Part shown: positions 13,480-26,491 of the stretch, piece by piece
How the letters are laid out: every line of letters starts with the position of its first letter
How positions within the stretch are numbered: position 1 is the stretch's first letter
Source of the DNA: Chrysomallon squamiferum
Lineage: Eukaryota > Animalia > Mollusca
Assembly: GCA_012295275.1 (NCBI GenBank)
Contig: CM022670.1
Location: 20,460,001 to 20,524,000 of the forward strand
Direction of reading: 5' to 3'
Length of the DNA stretch: 64,000 bases
Translations under genes and position numbers: made by a program
The notes under the pieces: model-generated
What the model was told of the DNA's origin: nothing
The model's input: the letters and a program-made list of their open reading frames with translations, nothing else
The model's database searches: none

Positions 13480-15765
13480 TATTACTATCAGCACCTCTGT
13501 GTGTATGTAAAAATATAAATAAGTAACATTCCTAAAAAAACGTGTTCCGACTGAGATTATTTAATTATCACGAAATAAAATATTTCTATAGTAAGTTACA
13601 TTGTTGCAATTACCAAAACTGTCATGTGTGTTCTGTAATGTATATGGAAATGTATTACTTTAGCAATAATGTTGTAATTATATTAATCCTGTTAACATCA
13701 GCGAACATACCTGCAAAACTTGTTATTTTGTCATTATTTTATAAATGTAATTATTGGTTGCTACATACAAATAAACCAGTAGTTAAAAGTGTACATACGA
13801 ATTTATATGACCTGTATATTCGTATCAATTATAATTTTAGTAAGTATATATATAATGATTTACAGCTGGTACTTTATTAAGTAAATTTGGCTAATTATAT
13901 ACTATGTTTTACAAAGGAAGCATTAAGTATATAATCCTAAAATTACCGAAAAACAACGGGAACCAAACAAAATAACAATAAATATCAAAGAAAAATTTAA
14001 ATCGAATGTTCTTTTGGAATTTCCCTCTTAATGAGGCAGACGTCACGAACCGTTTGTCGCGTTTCTTTAAAGTATTTTGGTTTTGGAATGCAATCAATCC
14101 ATAAATATATTTGATAAGGTTGCAATATCTTCATGAAGTCAGACCAAGGTACAGCTATCAGCACACCATTGCACAAACCAATGTCACTTTCGTATCCCAT
14201 TACCATTTCGTATTTCAGTAAAGGGTCCAAATGTTTAACAACAATCGAATCCAAATCAAAATACATTCCTCCAAATTCTAGCACAGCTTCCAGGCGCATG
14301 ACGTCAGAGATATGTTGTGGAACTTTTACTGGTCGACCATATATTTCTGTTGGAATTTGTTTCTTTCTGTTGGAATTAGATATAGCTTATGAATCGCATT
14401 TCTTTAAAATAAACAAGAAAATAAATATATTCGGTCAGGTTGCAAACGTTTCTGTGCTGCTAAAAATGCTATCATGTAATGAAACGGAAAAGGTTTCTGT
14501 TCTGGACCAAGACAGGAAAGCCAGACGAAATGTACCAAACAACTCGTCGAACGTGTTTTATTGTTTTGTTATAATTCACTCGTGATGTTACATTTGTTTA
14601 AAAGTTTTATTACTGTGGTAGATATGATATTCAACAGATTTATTTTCTTTTTGTTGGGTTTAAAGCATAAAGAGTTATTTTGTTTAGAAACTCCAGAATA
14701 GTTTTTTCTCACAGCTTAGAATTTTCGAAAGTCTCGAATACATTTTTTTTAAGAAGTTTTCTTAATTCATATTCCAATTCAGAACGCGACTTACCAAAAC
14801 AGATATTAGTATTAAACTGCGTAATACAATTTTGTAGAATTTTCTTTAACCACGAGGAAACCATCTCATTGTCAACGTGAATGTCATGCGTCTTTCAGCA
14901 ACAGGACATAATATATATTCTACAAACATTTATGATAATACCCCACAAGAAACTGGTTTAAAACTGATTTAACTTAATATATCATTGATTAACCTTTGCA
15001 TTCCTCGTATTAGAAATATATATTATTACAATTAGTCTAAAATAAGTGAAGCTTAGGTTTACTGGATGTTTATTTTTTTTTTAGCTGTGTCCAAAATACG
15101 CATATTCAAATGAATAAAAAAAAAAAAAATAATATTCACCCTTGCTACCTGATTCATCCTAGAATGGATGGAAAAGCCAGATCACAATTTTTGCTCAAAA
15201 TTCCGAACACATCTGTTTTCAATGAAGAATTTTTAACATGTCACTTTATACTTGTTAAAAATATGAATGTGCTAAAAAATAAATAAAAAGATACAGACTA
15301 ACAGATGAAATTTAAGTAAATTATTCTGAATATTTTAGTGGATAAATGATACCTTCAATACTGGATTAAGAAACCATTAACTCAGAACATTTTAACGTAA
15401 CCCTTTTTGTGTCTGTGTTGTACATGCTTTTTGTAACAAAAATGACGTTGAAAATTGTTTTACATCATTATCTCATCCAGCAAATATTAGAAACATGTAT
15501 TTACAAAACAATATCCCCGGAGACAAAGATCAGTAATGTGTAAGGAAAAATTGTTATCTGACCGTTTGTCAATGTTTTTCCTGTTAACATTCTTTTACTC
15601 ACCCCTTATTTGACAGTTACCTGTATCCATTTCTACTCTTGATTAGGACCAATTGTCTAAATATTATTCAACTTGATTATGTTTTGTTTTCTGGATGATT
15701 GTATTGCCTTCGCTTTGCAGATATTTAATTAATATCTATTAGTTAACGCGTAACATGTGATTTTA
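13480..15765. repeat. Segmental duplication copy 1 (paralog of ~23625-26925) carrying the GT32 gene
   Basis: Collinear similarity from aagtaacattcct (13521 / 23667) to aacatgtgatttt (15752 / 26912). Confidence 0.9.
13997..14864 (-). pseudogene. GT32 (A4GNT/A4GALT-like DXD glycosyltransferase) pseudogene, copy 1, truncated and scrambled
   Basis: QHISDVMRLEAVLEFGGMYFDLD is nearly identical to the 24-kb copy; multiple indels and stops; C-terminal third missing. Confidence 0.9.
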
Positions 15766-17849
15766 TATCATTTTCAATCTTAGCTAAACACCTAACCCTT
15801 AAATATGAGAGAATCAATTTTACACTATGATATTTTGGAAATATTTCAAACGAGTTTTGTCATTAGGAAGACTGGTGCTTTAAAGCTAATACAAAATGCA
15901 TGTATAGTATTTGTGAACGCAGCGCCTCGTAACTTGACAATTTCGTAGTATCGTTGTAAAACCTCTTCTACATGCAGTGCAATAATGTGGTGGAGCCAGT
16001 TTTCATCTTACAGTTTTGGTTTGTTAATTTTGCATGTCTAAATGTGACGGTATCTCTGACAGTAAGTGTTTAGGAAACATTTTGAGTGAATGAATAATTA
16101 TGGGTGGAACATATTTTGCATTAGGCAATTTGTTTAATTTATATATAACATACTAAGTAAATACATCCTAAAATTTAACAGGTGAATGGTGAAAACCAGT
16201 CAGTTTAATTTATGAACTTAATTTATGCAGATATTCTCGAAAATGTTACTGTGGTGAAGATATTCTCGAAGATCATAACTGTGTCGTAAACATAACGTCA
16301 GAGTATCGTTTGAAATGTGTCGTAATCAAGAGTATCGTCGTGTCTTTATTTTGTTTACTACCCATGCTTATTGATTTTACTAATGGCATTACAAACAACA
16401 GCTCTTCAGAATGTAGACATGCAAGTAACAATCAGTTAATCTATTCAGAATTTTATACAGAACAAAATAATCCAAACTGCATGGTAAATTTGGTCGAAAA
16501 GTATATTTGACCAATATCTACATAGAATCTTTTCTTCAATTTGGTTTTAACAGTCATTTAGCAAGTAAACATGATTGACCAACGATAAAAAAATGGTCCA
16601 AAACGACCACCAAAATTGGATAGCCAGAAGCTGTAAGCATTAGCAGATTGTGATAGATATCATCAGCAAACCTTTTTTTATGCAGTATGCGGTATGTGCA
16701 GTGCGCGTGTCATGCATGGTTACGACAGATGGTTAATAAACGACACTGTAAACAACAGGGTTAGACGTGTTGTTAATTGTTACAGTAATAATCATTGGCT
16801 AACGACATTTATAAAGACACTTTCGAGACGTAGGCAATTATACAGTAAAAAACACACACAAAAAAAACAACAAACAAACAAACAAAAGAAAACCTATTAA
16901 AAGTAAATGTTATACTGTGATTATTAAATATTAATTGTATCCTTAACTAATTAGAGGTCTAATAAACCAAGCTAGTAATTAGAATAAGTCTTAATAAAGT
17001 ACAGTGATTTTACAATACAATATGGTTTCCCGGTAACTTATATGCACGTTTTAGATGTCATCTTTGTGTTGGTAGCATTTTGACTATATACAAAAAATTA
17101 CGTTTAACTTGTAATTCAATGTATAAAAAGTCTTAAATAAATATATATTATTAAAATATGTTATTAATTTAGATGTCTTTTTATACACTAAAGAATATGC
17201 TAAACCTATATTTTTTGGTGTATTCATTTGAAGCCATTTTGACATTTCAAATGGCTTGTTGATTGGATTTAAAGAACCAACACAATGAACCGTCTGTTTC
17301 ACATTTCTGTATAAAATTTGAAGATTTTTATTTTTATTTTATAGCAATTTTCTCCTGTAATATTATTCGAATGATCAAATTTTGGGGAGTATAGGCGATT
17401 TTGAATTGTGAATCAAGTAGATCCAATCCTCTTAGTTGAATTACCAATTTATTAATTGTTTTATGGCAAGCATTATATGTATGTTTACTTAAAGCATGAA
17501 TATATAAATGTACACTATGAAGCAGTTCTATATTACAAATAATTATTTCTATTACAATTTCTAATACTGAATGTGCTAAGGCAACTTTGGCACACGCACG
17601 CGGATCGATCTATTGACACTTGGCTAACATAAACAATGTATATTTCTCTTTGGTCTAGAAAAACAACAATGAACTACGCATGATTCTTGTAACATGTGTA
17701 AAAGGGATTATATCAATTTAAAATCATCAGCCACTTCTGATTCACATGCAAACAATGTATCACGTGACTATTTTATGTTTTTCTCTTTCTCCAATATTTG
17801 ACTCCTGACATGCCAGGTCAATACACTGACTGTACTTTCCGCGACTGTG

Positions 17850-19650
17850 ATGAATTTTTTTATGCTTGTCGTAGTTGCCGTTGTTTGTAACGTATCCGTA
17901 CATTGACATAGTCGAAGACATTGGAGAAATTGGTTTGGTCATAATGTTAGACAGTACCGAAGCTGCAGACAAAAGTATAATTATTAATAATTTATTGTTT
18001 TGTGGTGAATGCATGAATAATAACCGCAATACTATTTTGGAATAATGGTGGTGAAAGAAATTAAAGTTCCTATCGCCACCAAGTAGGACACACTTTTCAG
18101 TGACATTTATATTGCCTTTGAAAAATAATAAATATATCAGTTATATATAGTAAATAGTATGTCAGTGATTTAAAACTTACATGTTCAAATCTGCTCAACT
18201 GCTGATTAATATTTTTTTTCTTTTTCATCTGTTCTTAGAATCAGAAATTTGTTGGCTACTGTAGCCGATTTGGAAAAGGATCTCTCCGGTTGCCAGTCAG
18301 GTGGTAAGTCTATAGCTCGATAAAATATTTTTATTAATGAAATGTGTCAGGCCTGTCGGAGCTTTATGAGAAAATAATATTATGACAAAAAAGCTATGGG
18401 CTCATTCACATACAGATGTAACAAAATATTTAAGATTTCTGCTTTGTTTGTATTAAAATGGATAGCAATAAATATTTTGGGAAAAAAGATTAAATGTTTT
18501 TGTTCTAATTCTTCTTTTTCTTCACCACAAAAGAATATGCATAAATATCATTATGATGAAAAGCTTCTGAAATAGATCTTCTTATACTTATAATATTATT
18601 AATACATAAATTATTATGTACTGTATAAAATACAATTACACTGATGAATGAATGAATGAATGAACAAAACATTTGCACCACGTCAGATATATCAACAGTT
18701 TTATATTAACAGACTCTCTTGTGTCTTCTCGTCCTTTTCATGGATATTAATATTATTTGTTTGAATATCTTTTATTTTTAGGTAATTTAAATATCGTATT
18801 TCCCTTTCTGAATTATGTTATAGATTACCTTTTATATTCCTAAAAGCTTCTGTCTTTAAATTTGTATTTGAATGATTTAATAGTCATCTCTAATAAATTA
18901 CTCAAGATATTTTTTTAGGTAATTTAAATATGATGTTTCTGTCCGTTCATTGTGTTCCTACAAGCTTTTATCTCCAATTTTTAAATTATTAACTAATTTA
19001 CCGAACAAAATTCATTTTTGAACTTTTGATTATGCTATCTCAGTTTAACATATTGGATGTCAATGTTCATTTCAGATTTTATTTGTTTTTAATATTCATT
19101 AATTTATATTTCCAAATGTTAAAATTTCAACTCGGCAAAAAATTTCAGTAATTTCCTGTTACAGTCTTTTTCACCATTTGAATCAATAAACCATTTTTCA
19201 TTGCATAAAATTGAAAATATTCATCAATGTTCGATTATCTAATATAACTTACTGAATATACATCATCTTCTACTATTATTCTTCAGGAAAACCTTGCATT
19301 CTGTTAGGGAATGTTTTCTTACTACCACACCTGCTTTATCGTCATTTTTATTCTATATAACAGTTGTAAAAGAGGAGAAATAAAAATTTCGTGAGGAAGT
19401 ATAGACGCTAACATTTACAAAATTATAACATTTAAAATTACTAAAGTAATGCATATAGCTTATAGTAAAATTCTTTCTTTATTTTTTTAATTCGTCCTGT
19501 TATTCCTTTATTTTTCTGATTACATGTTTATCAGAAAGTATGCTCAAGAAGAAAGTGAATGAAAGCCAGTCGAACAGAGATAAATTTGTTGACAGAATAC
19601 AATACATCACATACAGAAATGACAGATATTCTGCTTGTTTCATATGCTAA
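17850..19650 (+). pseudogene. Candidate 3-exon small secreted-protein gene with in-frame TGA at codon 19
   Basis: Exons 17850-17974, 18239-18303 and tentatively 19535-19650, with compatible splice phases; signal-like MNFFMLVVVAVVCNVSVH*. No family recognised. Confidence 0.4.
18730..19040. repeat. Non-coding segment duplicated at ~29960-30240
   Basis: Shared gatttaatagtc and aatttaaatatgatgtttctgt..gttcattgt.ttccta blocks. Confidence 0.7.
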
Positions 19651-20979
19651 ACTTATTACAGAAGACAAAAACTGTGAGATTGTTCCTGAAATATATTTCT
19701 TATCCTTCACGTATACACGATGCCAGATAATCGTAGACAACAAACATGTTCATTAAACGAAATAATTTTTGTTTCTCCCTCTCTCATTGCTGACAGAGAC
19801 TACATAGACTATTACAGATTCGTTATTTGTGTGAGATAAATAAACTCAGGTGAGTTGTTATCCTGATATATGTAACTGGCCTTTATACCAAATCCCGGTA
19901 AAAAAATTAATTAAAATAAAGAACCATACATACAAAGTTAAAATGAACTAGAGAAATGACACTCCGTTTTTAGGTTACAATCTCTTATTTGATATGACCG
20001 CATTAAGCAAATCACAAATTATCATTCTACTCTGACTTGAACAGGGGCCCAATAATACTGTAATATTTGTGATACATTATTACTATTACAATTACTACTA
20101 TTATTATATTAATGGTGTTATTTATATCAAATTTTCTTTATTGAAATAAATAGATACGAGCAGTAAATAAAAAAGTATCCAATGAATCTATTCGCTTGTT
20201 TAATATTAAAATATTTATTTATCTTTGCACACAAACACACATGCACACAATGTTTTTAAAACTTGTATTTGAGGAAAACAACTTATAGTTCGTATATATA
20301 TATATATATCACAGCACACCCAGTGCCATCATAAGATTTATGTTTTTCGATATGTATATATTCTTTTCTTCTGATATTATACAGGTTAACGCTAAAGATT
20401 CACTTCAGTGCACTTTCTCAAATTCAAAAAAAAAAAAAAAAAAAAAAAAATCAGAACAACAACAAACTACTTAAATAATCATTTCCTGTTTTTTATTAAA
20501 CCATCAAGTAAAGTAACATAAAAGGATAATGTTCTAAAGATTTTATCAGAGAAAATTATAAGCAAAATGCACATTCAGTTATAAAAAAATATTAAACGTG
20601 AACCTTACAAACAGTGAGTAACGAAAAATATATGCATATAATTTGCATAATAATATACTGAAATCTTGCTGTGATTCAAACGGTATTTTTGAAGACGAAA
20701 CATATCTTGATACACTGTTATCCTGTACAAAGTAGTTAATTTTAATCGTCTCTACGTTAATAATAAATAAATTATATATAACAGTTACTGTATTATGCAT
20801 TTCAAATTATTTAATAACGGTAGAGTTATAGCAAATATATCTAAGTATTTCACCGCATTATTTAAGGATTTTACTTTTGAGGGTGTCTAATTCTACTTTG
20901 GATTTTAAATCCATATGTGAACGATATAGTTTTCCTGATACCATACTAATGAGTTATTTCTGGTGAGAGAGAGAGAGAG

Positions 20980-20984
<5 letters not shown>

Positions 20985-21073
<89 letters not shown>
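20985..21073. repeat. (GA)n microsatellite
   Basis: Directly visible. Confidence 0.95.
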
Positions 21074-21078
<5 letters not shown>

Positions 21079-21285
21079 TTTGGTGCTATTTCACCGAATA
21101 TTATTCATGTACACATGCGCACTCATAATATACACGGTCCATATACACATATATATTCATAATATAGTACGTGATGTTCAGATTACTTATGAAATAAACC
21201 AGTGAAACTAACCATATATAATGCTGTTCTTAATTTATATTTCCATATATATATATTCTTTATTTATTGCTTTCATAAACATGTT

Positions 21286-21853
21286 TCAAGACTTACTCCA
21301 AAGTTTTTTTGCTGTCTCTGGGAAAGCTTCTACTGCCACAACTCGTTTTCCTATTTTAGCTAGTGTTAGAGCATATGCACCCAGATTAGCACCGATGTCT
21401 AGAAAATCCATGGTCTTGTCTTTTGTCATGATATCAGTGACCATTTTCATCAGTTCAGGTTCCCACTTGCATTTCTGTATTATTGATCTCGATACAAATC
21501 TGTCCGTTTGTTTAGGGTAGACATATATCGGTACATTTCCAGCCATTGTTTTTAAATTTGTTTTCACGGTGTTGTTTATCTGGACAGTCTATATCTGACG
21601 GTTTCCACCTGCCGTCATGTCTGACAAGAACACTGCACGAACAAACGCCTGTTTTTGTCTTTAACGAAGTAAAATACTGTTTCAGTATGGAATCCGTTGG
21701 TGACTTCATATTATCTGGCGTGTTGATGCTGGCTGAAAACATGTCCCAAGGAGAGTTCAGATCAGGCGAATGCCACATGCATTTGACAAATAATGTTATT
21801 ATCATTAACAAAAACAAAATTCGCCATTTACCGCACACCAACAATTTATTCAT
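21286..21853 (-). pseudogene. FkbM-family (Methyltransf_21) SAM-dependent methyltransferase, type II membrane, frameshifted
   Basis: ATG at 21853 followed by a TM-like ILFLLMIITLFV; frameshift near 21570; then DRFVSRSI..WEP..FLDIGANLGAYALTLAKIGKRVVAVEAFP (motif I); gtaagt donor at 21296; no intact downstream exon found. Confidence 0.8.
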
Positions 21854-24363
21854 TTCAAACAAATTAAATTGTATTTTCTTCTATCTGAACAAGTAAGGAA
21901 AGAATATATATTATATACACACACACATCTAATACTTTTGAAAACACATTCAACAGATTTTGCTGTTGAATGCACATTTGAATTTTATTTCTCAGATTTT
22001 GTTAGCAATAAAATATATTAAATGATATATTTAACTATTGCATTAAGTGAAGTGTAACTATTAGCTGGTATTCCCGTTATAATAATTGTTTTAACTGGAG
22101 TGAAAGACGCGGTAGTGATAAATGACAAATTGACTCAATGTTTGTTTAACGACACTCCAAAGTAATAATCTGCTGCTGGGTGTCATTGTATGATCACAGT
22201 GGTGATACGTATAACAAAATGTGTCCGTGAAAAAAGCTGCTTTATTATATTTTGAACTGTATATAATTAATAGAATCGAAATACGAACTATAATCGCAGA
22301 CATAGTTTAAAATATATGATAAAAATGAACTATAGTACTAACGAAAAGAGCAGAACATCAGTGTATTCATTGAGCTATCGAATAATTACAAATAAAATTA
22401 AATCGTAATATTTTGTACCTATTAAAATTATTCCTACCCTTTAAAATTACAATCTATGTAGATAACTTAATAAGAAATAAGTAATGCAAAATAATTTGAT
22501 TCATTGTCTTCAGTATGTTAATTAATGCAAGACTTCGTTTTCTTTTCCTGAAAATATTCAGAACATTTACAGGGTAGGAACAATAGATAGGTTGTCCACG
22601 ACTAACTGAATTTAGACAGACACATACATAAGTGTGCTATTATATGCAACAAAAGAAAAAATTTCAGCAACGTTTATTTAAGCAATCTCAACATTCCTTT
22701 CTTCTGTTTGTTGTGCAACCAATGGATGCCGCGCATCAACACGTTATATAGGAATGTAAACGACGAAGACAAAAACCAATCAGATGATGTGGCGATAAAC
22801 TCAATGAGCACTAGTCAGGGAGCATCTGGTAAAGGATAGCACAAGACAGAAAAGTACGTCAACATTTTGACGATTTGGCTACACAATGATACTGATTAAA
22901 ATACATGAATTAGAAAAATCAGTTTAAAAAACAAATCGCCGTTCTTTTTCTTTCTTTTGAATATAGTAATCACGCATAGATATTCTCAAATAAATTATTT
23001 CACTATATTTGTATTTAAAGAAGATCATCACTTTAAAAAAGTTTAAATATTTTGCTTGATGAAAATATTAAACTGCCGTAGGAAATTGGGCTAAAAAGTG
23101 TATGAGTTGGTTTCTTTCTTTTCGTTTATTTTTAAATTTTTATTTTGTTTTGTTTTGTTTGTTTGTTTGCTTATTTGTTGTTGTTGTTTTAGTTACTTAA
23201 AATTTTAAAATGTTAATTATAGAATTGGGCTTTTATGTAAAATTCAAAATACAAGAAATGAGAAAACGCCTTCGGTATTCTAATACCAATATTTCAGACT
23301 GTGTCTTGAGTAAGCTTGCTAAGTAAATTTTAGGTTTCGCGCTATATCATCATGACCAGTACTGGGAGGCGTGTATAGATTTAACATTAATAGAAAAATA
23401 TATAGTAATTTAAATGTTATTACGGCAATAATAATGATTCAGAAGCATATGGTGTGGGTTTTGTTGTTGGTGTTTCTTTTGTGTGTTTTTGTTAAAGGTT
23501 GTCATGGGGCTTCTAAAGAAAGTCGCATGTGACTCGTCACATAACCAAGTTAGAACCCAGCAACAGTCTTAACACTCTTTCTCCAAAATAGCGTTAACTG
23601 TTCATATAAATATAATTCATATATGATGATGATGATACTGTCAGGACCTGTGTGAAAAACTATGAAAGTAACATTCCTTAAAAAACGCGTTCTGACTCAG
23701 ATTGTTTAATTATCATGAAATAAAATATTTCCATATTGGTGTAATTACCACCACTGTCATGTGTATGTTGTAACGTAATATGCACATGTATAAAAATTAT
23801 TTTAGCAATAATGTTATAATTTTATTAATACCGTTAATACCACCGACCATGCGTCCTTGCAAAACATTATCTTTTCATTATAGATTTAATTATTGGTTGC
23901 TACATCGAAATAAACGATTAATTAAAAGTGTACATACAAATTGATATGACCTGTATTTTCGTATGAATAATAATTTACAAAAACATATCTATCTATCTAT
24001 CTGCTTAAAATCTTGAAAATTAATAATTTTGATGCTTATTCGATATCTGTTATAATTTGTTTTAATAATATATACATATTTTTCATATACAGAAAAAATA
24101 TAACAAACTATTTAATGATATGCAGGTGACACTTTATTAAGAAAATTTGGCTAATTATGTTATATGTTTTACATAAATTATCGTGAACAACAATAAGAAC
24201 GAGAACCAAATAAAATAAAGAAAAAATCAAAGAAAATTAGAAAAATAAAATAAAATAAAAATGTAAACAACAATTAAATCTTAATAAGAGTATTAAACAT
24301 TACTTGAAAAGTCCAGTGCAATTTTAATTGTGTTTCTATTGCTCTTCTGATATCCAGTTACAG

Positions 24364-25435
24364 TTACTTAATAATGCGAGAATTACCATAGTAAATATAT
24401 CTAAATAATTCACCAACGGTATTATTTAATGTTTTTATCATTTCAGAATTGTAATTCAGCTTTCGAAAAGTAAACCACAAATGAATGACATAGTTCTTCT
24501 TTTTCCAGTCAAACTTTTCCCCGATAGCATAAAGCTGATTCATTCCTTTTATGTCATAATTAGGACGACAGATAGATGATTTTTCTGTATGAATTAAATT
24601 TCTGTATTTGATAGCTAACTGGGCTGGAAGCTGAATCGAATGTTCGTTCCAGACTTTGTCATTAAACGTTGAGTAATTCGAATGCCATATCTTCATGAAG
24701 TCAGACCAAGGTACAGCTATCAGCACACCATTGCACAAACCATTGTCACTTTCGTATCCCATTACCATTTCGTATTTCAGTAAAGGGTCCAAATGTTTAA
24801 CAACAATCGAATCCAAATCAAAATACATTCCTCCAAATTCTAGCACAGCTTCCAGGCGCATGACGTCAGAGATATGTGGGGAACTTTTACTGGTCGACCA
24901 TATATTTCTGTTGGAATTTGTTTCTTAATTAGATATAGCTTATGAACCTTTCGTCGCATTTCTTTAAAATATATTCCCTTTGGCATGCAATCAATCCATA
25001 AATATATTCGGTCAGGTTGCAAAAGTTTCTGTGCTGCTAAAAATGCTATCATGTAATGAAACAGAAAAGGTTTCTGTTCCGGTTCAAGACAGGAAAGCCA
25101 GACGAAGTGTACCAAACTTGGAACAACTCGACGATCGTGTTTTATAGTTTTGTTAGCATTTGTTTAAAAGTTTTATTCCTGTGGTAAATATAATATTCCA
25201 CAGATTTATTTTCTTTGCATATGTTGGGTTCCAAGCATAAATAATTATTTTGTTCAGAAACACCAGAATAATTTTTTCTTACATCTTGCTTAGAATCGTC
25301 GGAAGTCTGGAAAGCAGATTTCCTTAAGTAATTTTCTAAATTGATATTCGAATCCAGAAAGAGATAAACCAAAACAGGTATTACTATTAAATTGCAGAAT
25401 ACGATTTTGAAGAAGGTTCTTTCACAAGTTACCAT
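24364..25435 (-). pseudogene. GT32 (A4GNT/A4GALT-like) glycosyltransferase, full-length single coding exon with two frameshifts
   Basis: Three consecutive ORFs: type II TM (IVFCNLIVIPVLVYLFL), VVPSLVHFVW, RLEAVLEFGGMYFDLD (DxD), LCNGVLIA, WNEHS, HLW. Frameshifts at ~25155 and ~24878. Confidence 0.9.
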
Positions 25436-26135
25436 TTTAATGCCGTGCTAGGGTAAAAAAAAAGTATAAATCCTGTTGACATTCATATCTTTACATTTTG
25501 TAGTAAGTAAGTTTCTATTCTAGGAATTTATTTTTATCTTAGTAAATAGTAGATTTTTTTAAAAATAACTATTTCTAACAATCCTTAAGAGAAAAGGTCT
25601 GATGTTTTAGACCATAGGTTTCTCTTTGTCAACGTTGTTTTCATGTGTCTGTCAACAACAGGACATATATATATATATATTCTAGAAATATTTATGTAAT
25701 ATGTCACAGGAAAATGGTGTAAAACTGATTTAACATAGAATATCATTTATTAAGTTTTCCATTCAATTATTAGAAACAAATATTATTATAATTGGTGTAA
25801 ACTGGGTTTACTGGATGTTATTATATTTTAATTATGTGAAAAAAAGAAAAAACAAAAACAAAAACGAAGGTTTAAATGAATACAAAAAATAAAAAGAAAA
25901 TAAAAATAAAAATAATAATAGTGATCACGTTTGTTACCTGATATATCCTAGGATATCTTGAATAAATGCTGAAGGAAACGCCAGACAATACGAATGCAGT
26001 TTTTGCTCAGAACTCCGAACACATCTGTTTTCAATGAAGAATTATACTTGTTACAAATATGAATATGTTCAAAAATAAATTATAGATACAGACTAACAGA
26101 TGCAATTTAAATAAATTATTCTGAATATCCTAGAG

Positions 26136-26491
26136 ATGGGGTACGCGACCTGCGGCCGTGGGAAGGATGTCGCCTCATCACATTTAACATCTCATTTGAA
26201 ATATAACGAGGCTGCGTGTCAGTATAAACATTCATACACCATCAGTTTCCTCTGACTGTTGTTTGATGCCGTACACAACAAGGCATCCAGTATTCATTTT
26301 CAGATCCGAGGCTTTTAAAGTTGTTATTTAATAAAAGTAATAAATAGTATTAAGTCACAGTGATTCATTGTTAGAAAATTATACAAAATCATATATGTTA
26401 CGCTTTCAATTTTAATGACATTTGTGCGGCCGTACTGGCAGTGACGTTAAAGCTTTGCGGCCTATAAGATCAGAAAGTTTGCGTATCCCTG
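26136..26491. mobile_element. Non-autonomous hAT (Charlie-like) MITE
   Basis: Imperfect TIRs (ggggtacgcgacc / gtttgcgtatccctg), gcggcc subterminal motifs and a tcctagag left flank; absent from the paralogous site at ~15338. Confidence 0.7.

Noticed and set aside
14133-14585. 150-aa plus-strand ORF (also 24695-24928, 21221-21520, 21546-21896)
   Set aside because: Antisense shadows of the GT32 and FkbM coding sequences.
16310-16510. Signal-peptide-like 66-aa ORF
   Set aside because: TTG start, no convincing splice partner or homology.
17904-17906. Selenocysteine reading of the in-frame TGA
   Set aside because: It lies at the signal-peptide end with no redox motif, and no SECIS was recognised; a nonsense mutation or sequencing error is simpler.
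20963-21205. Poly-ER, poly-SL, poly-L and poly-N ORFs here and at 32467, 41441, 49284 and 60322-60845
   Set aside because: Translations of microsatellites.
22640-22835. Exon-like, GC-richer stretch ending in g|gtaaag
   Set aside because: Stops in the frames examined and no recognisable family.
21286-25435. Bacterial HGT or contamination for FkbM and GT32
   Set aside because: Type II TM anchors, splice signals and host-like AT-rich flanks; both families are native to invertebrates.
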